DNA from: Macrostomum lignano
Lineage: Eukaryota
DNA length: 64,000 bases
Direction of reading: 5' to 3'
NCBI GenBank assembly: GCA_002269645.1
Contig: NIVC01000180.1
Coordinates: 372,001 to 436,000, forward strand
Shown: piece after piece, positions 47,662 to 64,000 of the stretch
How the letters are laid out: every line of letters starts with the position of its first letter
How positions within the stretch are numbered: position 1 is the stretch's first letter
The notes under the pieces: generated by a model
The model's input: only the letters and a program-made list of their open reading frames with translations
Database searches by the model: none
What the model was told of the DNA's origin: nothing
Made by a program: the position numbers and the translations under genes

Positions 47662-49279
47662 CAGTTTCCGGCGTCTCTTCTATTGGCACTGCTGCTTCCG
47701 CAGCTGCTGGCCCCGGTTGCTTCCGGCAGTGAGTCGGAACCGGATGCTGCATCACCACCGTGTCCCCAGGTGAGTAGATGGGATCAGCAGTGCGCTGTGG
47801 CAGCCAGCCAATTCAAACTGACACTTTGCACTTTTTTGCAGACTGCAGACCAGCCGCCGCCGCCGTGCGACCGCCTGCCGTTCGCCTGCCTGTCTTGCCG
47901 CGTCAACGCCACCGCTGGCTGTCGGCTCGGCGCCGCGGTGCCCGCCGTGCCCTGCGAGCCGCTGCCTGATGTGAACTGCACTGGGGATCGGGGACCGCTG
48001 CCGCGCACCGTAGTATGCCGCTACTGCCACCAGCTGCCGCCTGAGCTGTACACCTGCGACAAGCGAGCCACGTGCAAGGTGGGACTAGTGCTCTCTGAGT
48101 ACTGCTGGCTATATTACAGCGAATATTCATACGTTACTACTAAAAGTATTTCTATTATTACTGATTTTGCCACTATACGACTACTGAACTACTATTACTA
48201 CTGCTGATGTTACTATTACTACTACTGAACTACTATTACTACTGCTGATGTTACTATTACTACTGCCGATACTACTACTACTATTGCTGATAGCTCGTAC
48301 TACTATTACTATTGCCGATACTACTATTACTACTACTATTGCTGATAGCTCGTACTACTATTACTATTGCCGATACTACTATTACTACTACTATTGCTGA
48401 TAGCTCGTACTACTATTACTACTGCCGATACTACTAATACTACTGCTGATACTACTATTACAATTAATGATACTACTATTACTAATGCTAATACTACTAT
48501 TACTACTGCTGATACTACTATTACTGTTGCTGATACTACTATTACTACTGCTGATACTACTATTACAATTAATGATACTACTATTACCATTGCCGATGCT
48601 ACTATTACTATTACTGATACTACTATTACTATTACTATTACTATTACTGATACTACTATTACTATTACTACTGCTGATACTACTATTACTATTGCTGATA
48701 CTACTATTACTACTGCTGATACTACTATTACTACTGCTGATACTACTATTACTGTTGCTGATACTACTATTACTACTGCTGATACTACTATTACTACTGC
48801 CGATACTACTATTACTACTGCCGATACTACTATTACTATTGCTGATACTACTATTACTACTGCCGATACTACTATTACTACTGCTGATGCTACTATTACT
48901 ATTGCTGATACTACTATTACTACTGCCGATACTACTATTACTACTGCTGACACTACTGCAACCCCAGGTCCGGGACCCGGTGTTCCGCCACTACGAGACC
49001 AACTGCACGGCAGCTTTGAACGCCAGCTGCATTGGCCGCCGCTCGTTTCGCCGGATGCTGCGCTGCGATTGGTCGGGCGGCTACAAATGGTCGGTGAGCA
49101 TGTGGTGCACAGCCCTGCTGGGCGGCTTCGGCCTGGACAGATTCTACCTGGGCCAGTGGCGCGAGGGGCTCGGCAAGCTGTTCAGCTTTGGCGGCTTCGG
49201 AGTCTGGTCACTGGTTGACGCCATCCTCATTGCCGTCGGCTACATCAGTCCGATTGACGAGTCCGTGTATGCGCCTTAG
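47662..49279 (+). CDS. TM2D3: TM2 domain protein 3 (almondex-like), 5'-incomplete; exons ~47662-47769, 47842-48078, 48968-49279
   Basis: C-terminus CDWSGGYKWS...LGGFGLDRFYLGQWREGLGKLFSFGGFGVWSLVDAILIAVGYISP matches TM2D3; Cys-rich ectodomain; signal-like LLLALLLPQLL; phase-0 introns. No in-frame ATG in the first visible exon. Confidence 0.88.
48170..48955. repeat. ACT/ATT/GCT/GAT triplet-mosaic repeat in TM2D3 intron
   Basis: Direct reading; the ADTTITT and poly-Leu ORFs are artefacts. Confidence 0.9.
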
Positions 49280-49399
49280 GCTGTGGCTTGAGTCAACCCT
49301 TGGATAATTATTTGTGTGTTTTGTTTTTCTCGCTGTTCGACTCATTGTGAGGCTCGGTTTCCCGATAGCAGTTCAGGGCTCAGTTCAGGTGGGTCATCC

Positions 49400-50115
49400 T
49401 CTAATGCCAGTGTGTCATTCTCTGATTTCGGTGTGTCATTCTCTAAGGTCGGTGGGTCATCCTCTGGTGTCGGTGTGTCATTCTTTGGTGTCATGTCGGT
49501 GTGAAATTCTCTAATGTCGTGTCGGAGTGTCATTCTCTGATGTCGGTGTGTCATTCTCTAACATACATGCGCAACCTTGGGAATCACCCGGCCGTTTCTA
49601 ATGGCAACACACACATGTAAGTCGCTATTGGCTGAGAGCAGTCACGTGACTACTATTCCGTCCAATAGCGACTTACATGTGTGTGTTGCCAATAGAAACG
49701 GCCGGGTGAATCCCTAGGTTGCGCCCAAGCATGTTCTCTAAGGTCGGTGGGTCATTCTCTGGTGTCTGTGTGTCATTCTCTGATGTCTGTGTGTCATTCT
49801 CTGGTGTCTGTGTGTCATTCTCTGGTGTCTGTGTGTCATTCTCTGATGTCGGTGTGTCATTCTCTGATGTCATGCCGGTGTGAAATTCTCTGATGTCGGT
49901 GGGTCATACTCTGATTTCGGTGGGTCATTCTCTGATGTCGGTGTGTCACTCTCTGATGTCGTTGGGTCATTCTCTGATGTCGGTGTGTCATTCTCTGATG
50001 TCGGTGTGTCATTCTCTGATGTCGGTGGGTCATTCCCTGATGTCGGTGGGTCATTCTCTGATGTCGGTGGGTCATTCTCTGATGTCGGTGTGTCATTCTC
50101 TGATGTCGGTGGGTC
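49400..50115. repeat. 21-bp minisatellite (GTGTCATTCTCTGATGTCGGT), interrupted by a MITE
   Basis: Direct reading. Confidence 0.9.
49562..49733. mobile_element. 172-bp hairpin MITE, CAT...ATG ends, 8-bp TSD TTCTCTAA
   Basis: ~62-bp near-perfect inverted arms; TTCTCTAA at 49554-49561 and 49734-49741 reconstitutes the interrupted minisatellite unit. Confidence 0.85.
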
Positions 50116-50733
50116 CTAAAGCTAACGTCCGTGGGCCATGCTCCCATGCCAGTGGGTCGCACCATGTTGTAAACCATGCCTGTTAATTAAAAAAATGCAT
50201 TTGAGGCAAATTGGTAAGCAGCGAGAGCCCTCTTCATGCCCTGAGTGTCAAGAGTTTCCATAGCAAGCTTCAGATCTAAATGCTTGCAGCTCTCATATCA
50301 AATACTGTTGTTTGACTTGTACAAACCTGTCATGTATATTTTAATGGATGAGCTGTCTGAATAAATGCAGTTTTTTTATACGCAATTGTGCTTTGCTGCT
50401 AATCCTGATGCATCTGGGTGCGCGCCTATTCAGAGCCGCTCAGAAATTTTATCGAGCCTCGTCTTCGTGTTTTCCTGCTTTTTTCAAGCGTTCCAAGAGC
50501 CTGTTACGTTTCAGTCCCAGGTTTCCATGGTAACACCTATCCCTTGAATTTAGGCATTGTCAATTACCCTCAGAAATTCATATTTCTGGGCTTTTTGTAA
50601 CCCTTAGTGTCTTGTGGCTGCGCGCTTCTTTCTTGTAAAAAGCCAACAGATGGTGGCTGCCTTGGCCCCAAGTCTGTTGGCTTATAAAAGCCAAGCCCCG
50701 TGCGTTGAGCTGTTTTGAGTCGCCAATTGCAAA

Positions 50734-51471
50734 ATGCTCGCCGTCCAAGCTCGCCGCTTCGCCGCCGCCGCCGCGGCATTTGCCGTCTCCATAGCCGCCA
50801 TCTGGTCGTCGGCCTGCCCGAGCCCGTACTTTCCTGTTGGCGGCCGCGGCGCCTGCGCCTACTACAACGACACCGATTTGCCGCTGGACTGGTGCCAGGC
50901 GGCCGCCCACTGTCTGCACCTGGCTGGTGAGCTCGCCGTCGACCTCGGCCTGGTGCGCGACATCGCCGAGAGCTTTAACTCCAGCTCCAGCTGGCTGTGG
51001 ATCGGCGCCACCGACCTGCTGGTCGAGCGCGGCCGCAACCGCACCGGCTGGCTGTGGAGCAACGGCTCCCAGCTGCTGGCCGCCGATGCCGACTGGGGCG
51101 ACGCGGCGCCCAGCCAAAGCTCCGAGACCGACGACTTCCTGGCCGTCAGCTCCATTGGAATCGCCGACGTAAAGTTCGAGCATCGCAAGGCCTTCATCTG
51201 CCAGCCGCTGGTGACGCCGAACAGCGGGAGGTTCAGGCGGGCCAGCTTCCTGCGCCTCGGCAACATCAGCCCCAGCTACTGCTTCACCGAGCTGGCGGGC
51301 GTCAGGCGGGAGTCCGAGTGCGCTCTCCGCTGCGCCGACCGGTGGCAGTGCAGGGCCGCCCTGCACAACAAGGCGGACGGCAGGTGCAGGATGCTGGACT
51401 TCTCTGATGCCAGCGTTGGAGACGCCATCGAGACGGACCCTGACTGGAGCAAGCTGGTTAAGGTCTACTGA
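50734..51471 (+). CDS. Secreted C-type lectin-like domain + PAN/apple domain protein, 245 aa, single exon
   Basis: Signal peptide; CPSPYF..WCQAAAHC..GELA..LWIGATD..WLWSNG..FICQ (CTLD); ECALRCADRWQCRAALHNKADGRCRML (PAN). Confidence 0.85.
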   Translation: MLAVQARRFAAAAAAFAVSIAAIWSSACPSPYFPVGGRGACAYYNDTDLPLDWCQAAAHCLHLAGELAVDLGLVRDIAESFNSSSSWLWIGATDLLVERGRNRTGWLWSNGSQLLAADADWGDAAPSQSSETDDFLAVSSIGIADVKFEHRKAFICQPLVTPNSGRFRRASFLRLGNISPSYCFTELAGVRRESECALRCADRWQCRAALHNKADGRCRMLDFSDASVGDAIETDPDWSKLVKVY

Positions 51472-53199
51472 GTACTGGCTTCGTGATTTGAAGAAGTTTT
51501 TACTAAAAAATCGATTCGTGACATTCGACATTCAGTTCGAATATTCGAGTACACGCACGGGTGCAAGCGTGTCGCATATTCAAAACTGTCAAACTTAAAA
51601 CCGATGCTAATAAACTTTAATCAAAAAAAAACCTAAGGGCAACTATTCTCAAATAAAAGTACATTTATTCGCTGCAATTTAGATATTGTTTAGTTTGTGT
51701 TTCTTTCGTTTTAAGCGAAGTACTGTAGCTCGTACTATATGAATACATATCTTTATTCAAAGGTAAATGAATGCATCAAAATTTTTATCGCTTATATAAA
51801 TTCGCGTTGTAAATTGAATAAAAATAGCCTCTGATTGTTCTACAGTGTTAGTTGGAGAAAATATAAGCATAAAAATAAAATACTCTAATAAAATAAGTCA
51901 TGCGTACATGCACATACATGTACACGTGCCTGTGAAGTTTTCCCGCAGAACTACAGTTAACTATACAGTACAGTTTGACCAGTATATTTAGTCTAAATTA
52001 GGTACCCTGTATATACACTGTATATGAACGGAAAGAGGCTTGCCATCGAACTACAGTGTACATGCATAAAAAAGAAATTACTATGGCTGTTTACTTTTGT
52101 CTTAATGGAAGCCACAAATTACGAGCTAAAATGTAAAAAACACTCCGTCTCGGAATTTTCAGTGCAGGAAGGGCTATCGGCGATGATAAGTTTGTGTTAA
52201 CCAATGTGATAAATTTAAGCAAAAACCAGTCCATATAAAAAAACCCGGCCCATATTTGGCCACTTGCATCGAGGAAAATGCTGGATATTTAGCAAAAATG
52301 AAAAATATAGAAAACCAGATATTAAGGGACAATAAGTTTAATTTAATTTATTGACTAACATTAACTGCGTGCGTCATTCGTTTCAACAATTGCAATTTTC
52401 AAAAAACGTGGCATTTCTGAGAAACGCATTTTTAACTGAAACTTTGACTACGTCTTTAAAGTCCAATACTCGTATTTCACTAATTTTAGCAGCTGTAGGC
52501 CTGTAGCTTAGGACGTAGCAGCATTGACTGAGTGAAATTGCGTGCGTAGCCAGAAATTTTCTCCAGGTGAGGGGGGGGGTTAAGCAGCGAGGGGTTACCG
52601 CCCGAGGCCCACACTTGACCCACACCACACGCCACACCCACTGGCACGTCTCAACAGAACGGTTTATGGGTTTAGTAGGCGATAGGGGCAAAACGACCAG
52701 TTAGGCCTACCCAGCCCTACCCTCTAAAGCAGACTGGCCCACAATACTTGTAAGTTGGGCCAGCCGAATTCACCCCCATTGATGATCAACATTGGTGCCA
52801 GCATAGCATTATCTGGGTTTTTAAGCAGAATCACAGTGCCATTTGACAAGAGGTCCATCTGTCAAAAATTTCAAATAAATAAGATATCAACATCTCTACC
52901 CTCCTACCTTCTCTGCATTGCTGAGGCTGTGTATAGTCTGACTCATTATCCCACAAGTTTTAGCATTAGAAGTCTACAATTTACAGTGTCCAAATGACCA
53001 TATTTTTACAGATTACTTGAATTTGTCAATTAGGCTTATCCACCTATTAGAAGTCTAGAAGTCTAAAAAACTATCAATAGTTACACCTGCACAAAATTAT
53101 TGATGTTTTAAATAAAAATAGAGAACTTTATTGAATTAGATAGGGCCTAAGCCAATATATTAATTAAAAAGACAAAGTTTGAAAAAATAATAATATGTT

Positions 53200-53758
53200 T
53201 GGCGCATGACCAAGATGGCCACATACCAAGATGGCCATAGCTCTAAGACTAGTTACATTTATTTAACTCCTCTCCTTTCTTAGTAATTAAGAAAATAGAT
53301 GTTATAATAGAATTGTATTATAATCATTCCCTTTGGACTTAGGCCTAGCTTTTATTGTAGCCTGACCTGTAGGGGCCTACCTATTTATCTACTATATGAA
53401 GCAAGTAACCTAGCACAAAATAAATACCCTATGATATTTATATATTTATCTTAATTATTTGCATAGCTAGCATTACCATTAGCAATAGTTTCTTAATAAA
53501 CAGATCATGATAGATTTGATAGATATAATGATAAAGAATAAATTGGCACAAACACTAAAAAAGATTAAAGGTTTTCTATTATAAGTAGGCCTAATTAGTT
53601 TCAAATCTATTACTGTATCAGTATTTATGAATATAATTGATTAAACAAAAATAATTTAATATATTATATTGCTAATTAATGATAGTAAAAGAGAGTAGAT
53701 ATAATAAATATTCAATGTTGTGGCCATCTTGGTGTATGGCCATCTTGGTCTTACACCA
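53200..53758. mobile_element. AT-rich MITE-like element with tandem subterminal motif ACCAAGATGGCCA x2 at each end, inverted
   Basis: GACCAAGATGGCCACATACCAAGATGGCCATA (53208-53239) versus TGTGGCCATCTTGGTGTATGGCCATCTTGGTC (53719-53750). Confidence 0.6.
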
Positions 53759-56700
53759 TATGTTCTACATTATTACAGTTTTCTAGGCATATGGGGTTTA
53801 AAAAGAAATAATACATTAATAGTAGATAGTCATCCATTTTCCCTAAACCTTATTCAAATGCTTGTTGCTATTTTAACTATTAAACTTTAATAGGCCCCTA
53901 TATATATATAAATATATATATATTATTGCATTAATATTGATAATTATAAGCAGCTATCCTACAGAATCATTTTTAAATTCTTTTTGTTGCTTGAATTCTT
54001 TTTATTCCATTTTAGAGTCCAAAAATATAAAATAAGTGAACAAATTTAAATTAACAATTTACCATGTACTAGGGCCTAGCAGCAAAATTATTTGTTATAG
54101 TCAATTTAGTTGCCACTCTAAAAGCTAGTCATACTTCTGCAGGTGGCACAATTGAACTTGAGGCTGCTAGTTGTCTTGCCATGAGCTATCTGTAAAATAA
54201 TAGTCCAAAATAAAAAAAGTAAACAATGGCTTGACTTGAATCCCAGTATTAGCAACTTAGTTGGTAGCTAATTTTTCAATCTCAAATGCATCTCCCTTTA
54301 AATGTCCCCTTTAACTATTATAGCCTTTTGACCATAGACATGTTTTCATCTATATGCTTTGTATGCACAAAACTGATACTATTGTAAAAATTCCTGATAT
54401 AGGCCTATCAATATATAAATTCAAATATATTAGGCCTAAAGATATATCCTAGATAAAATTTCTTAGTCATATTTTTAATATGCAACATTAAAGTAGTACA
54501 TATATACCCTTGTGATATAGCAATTGATTATAAACAATTTTGTTGCCAATATATATTAAACAGTTATTTCATTTATTTGTTTTATATTTTTGAAATTCAA
54601 AGCCTTATAAGCTATAATGTCAATGATATAAGCTATATATTTTGCTTTTTATCTAGACTATAATTTTAATTAGGCCTATTGCCCATGTACCACCTATATT
54701 ATATATAATTTCCTGGCTTTCCTTTTGTCCTATGCCAATCTTGTTAAGCATATGCATCTGTATTCAATATTAAAAACTAGTCAGTTTAGCAAAAAAGCTA
54801 TTTTGGCAATATGTTTCAGCAAAAAGCTTTTCTTGACACAGTAGCTATTTAAGTATTTTGTATAAAAATAAAAACTTCTTTAAAAATATATACAAAATAA
54901 TAAACTTGTATAAAAATATATCATTAGGCCTATAATGTATATATTCTACAATTTAGGTGAATTTACTAGGTAACACAATCATAATAAGCCAACAGTGCTT
55001 AAGCAGATTATACTATTTATTAATCAAAAAGAACAAATTGCTAATTCACTTATATATTGTCTTTTATTATATAGGCCTATGTTATGCTTCTTAATGTAAC
55101 ACAATTAATAAACACAATGTTCTTATTGTTCTATTAAACATTATATACAGTGAGCAGCTAGCTCTAGTCTTGGTCCATTGCAATTACCTTTGCTTGTTTA
55201 TTTTGTAGGGCCTAGCTGGGCTACTAAGCCTAAAGAATTGAGATGCAAGACCTGAACCTTACAAATACTCTGTAGCATACAAATGTTCAAAATAAGTTTA
55301 CTCTACTTAGGCCTGATTTCCTATAGCAAAATAAAGTTTTTTTCTATTTGACCTAAAAAACCTTAAATATCAAAGCTAAAAATAAGGTACTCAAATGTTA
55401 TAACAAAGATATTAATATATATTTGCAATAGCTTTTCTCTGAAATATCTATTGCTAAAATGACTTTTTGTTGAAATGACCCTAACCTTCAACACTTGACT
55501 TGAGCCTATGCCTATTGTGCCAAATGATATAGTTGGAAATCTAGGTATTTAAATGGTATCTAGATTATATTTAATTTATCAATATCAAGTCTGTTATTCA
55601 TATATAGATTGAACCTTTGTCATTATAACTAGTCATAAAAGTCACTAAACAATGTCACCTTTGCAATTAAAACTTTGTTTGCCATAGTTTATACTAGTGA
55701 AATTGGCTTAAGTTGGGTAATAGTTGTTGATATATAGGCTTAATAGTATATCAATCCTGATTTTTTATCTAGGTTGTTTTGTCAAATAAACAGATTATCA
55801 ATAGTTTAGCTTTCTATGTATAAATATATCCTTGAATAAAATTTTATAAAAAGGCACTTTTTTAGTCATTTGTTCAAAATTGATAATTGCTATTTGCCAG
55901 ATCTAGCGCATAGCTATAGAACAAATAAGTGATAAAAGATAGGATAAGAGAAGAGATAAAAAATATAAAAATGATACAATGAAAGATAAGATAATAGATA
56001 AAGAAAAAAAGATAAAGAAAAAAAGGAGAAAGGGGCTAAGAGAAAAATATTTAATAGCTTAGATTGTTATCATTAACTTCCAAATAACCTAAGAGCCAGA
56101 TAAGCTTTGTGATATATTAAATTTGAAAATAGAAAGTATTTAGTTTCAAGACTATTGTCCTAATAAGTACTATTAACTTTAACAAACTTGAATCCCTTAA
56201 ATCTGAAATTAAACTCATTAAATGCTAATATTTCTACGCCTTCAACTATGCCTCCAAAAGCATAGCTAGGGTAGTTAGTTAGCATCTTAGGCTGATTTCT
56301 TCTTGGCTTAAATTTTTAAATATTTATTTAGTAAATAGATATATACAGAAAGTCTATGAATAAATCATACACATAGTGTTAGTGGTAGCTATGGGTTCAA
56401 AATCTATTCCAATTATGTATTTGGTATAAGTTTTATGTTGTTCTAGTGAGTTTTTTAAATTAATATTATTTTCTTTTTCAACAATGAATTATAATAAGCA
56501 TGGATGCATATGATATGCTTTTGATTTTGTCAGATTTTGTCAGACCAGCATCTTATGTGTGTCCTTGGTGTGCTTTTCACTTCAATGTTATTTGTAAGTT
56601 GTAACCAATTTTAGGCAGAGAAGGCATTTGTTTTACTCAACAAAGATAAAAATGGTGGCTTCTAGAATGCCCAGAGCCGACTCAGTTCATTTGTAACTTG

Positions 56701-56809
56701 CAGCTCAACTCGGCGACCGGCCTCTGACTCTGACTGCCGAGTTGAAATCGCAGCCAACTCAGCACAGCCGAGCCTTCACACCTGTCCGAGTCTCTGCTCA
56801 GGCCGCGCC

Positions 56810-63438
<6,629 letters not shown>

Positions 63439-63524
63439 GTCTGGCTGTGGAGCTGCTCGCGGGGTGTCTGATTGGCAGCTTCTGCCTCATGTCTGTGTTC
63501 AACGGGTAGCAACCGGGTCTAAAC

Positions 63525-64000
63525 AGGTAGCATCAGAGACTCAGGTAGCTTGAGAGACTCGGGTAGCTTGAGAGACTCAGGTAGCATGAGAGACTTACAG
63601 GTAGCATGAGAGACTCAGGTAGCATGAGAGACTCAGGTAGCTTGAGAGACTCAGGTAGCATCATAGACTTACAGGTAGCATGAGAGACTCAGGTAGCATG
63701 AGAGACTCAGGTAGCTTGAGAGACTTACAGGTAGCATGAGAGACTCAGGTAGCATGAGAGACTCAGGTAGCTTGAGAGACTCAGGTAGCATCATAGACTT
63801 ACAGGTAGCATCATAGACTTACAGGTAGCATGAGAGACTCAGGTAGCATGAGAGACTCAGGTAGCATGAGAGACTCAGGTAGCATCATAGACTTACAGGT
63901 AGCATGAGAGACTCGGGTAGCATCATAGACTTACAGGTAGCATCATAGACTTACAGGTAGCATGAGAGACTCGGGTAGCATCATAGACTTACAGGTAGCA
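63525..64000. repeat. 18/20-bp minisatellite (GTAGCATGAGAGACTCAG) in SAS-6 intron 5, runs off the window
   Basis: Direct reading. Confidence 0.93.

Noticed and set aside
48336-49218. Mucin-like ADTTITT, poly-Leu and poly-Val ORFs
   Set aside because: Lie inside a well-supported GT..AG intron of TM2D3 made of triplet repeats.
50578-51531. 317-aa antisense ORF over the lectin gene, and similar long antisense ORFs over CCDC181, the ALPs and SAS-6 exons
   Set aside because: Expected from GC3-rich coding on the opposite strand; no domain content.

Overview
Eukaryotic (animal) genomic DNA: GC-rich spliced genes separated by AT-rich spacers, with most larger introns filled by their own minisatellite. 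This style resembles a free-living flatworm such as Macrostomum (inference, not verified). All recognisable host genes are on the + strand: an orphan ORF (2401-3126); a 5-exon, ~786-aa four-EF-hand calmodulin-like protein flanked by acidic repeats; CCDC181; a WD40 protein; two intronless tandem alkaline phosphatases; MRAS; TM2D3; a secreted C-type lectin+PAN protein; and SAS-6, which runs off the window end. Mobile DNA: a very young but lesioned 4.3-kb Ty3/Gypsy element (LTRs, PBS, PPT, 5-bp TSD), a truncated RTE-like LINE, two zinc-finger-tailed LINE fragments stacked in CAT/GAT microsatellite inside a SAS-6 intron, a Crypton-type tyrosine-recombinase relic, nested Harbinger-like MITEs, a hairpin MITE with an 8-bp TSD, and a ~2.5-kb inverted satellite (foldback-like). 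Most notable: (1) the EF-hand gene appears chimeric, carrying a copy of a CCDC181 intron's ends plus the exon start, in frame; (2) the ZnF-array LINEs associated with GAT tracts; (3) the Crypton relic with a possible intron; (4) a gene-conversion mosaic between the phosphatases. Gene models were spliced by hand from GT/AG sites and phase consistency. Family assignments come from recalled motifs, not database searches.
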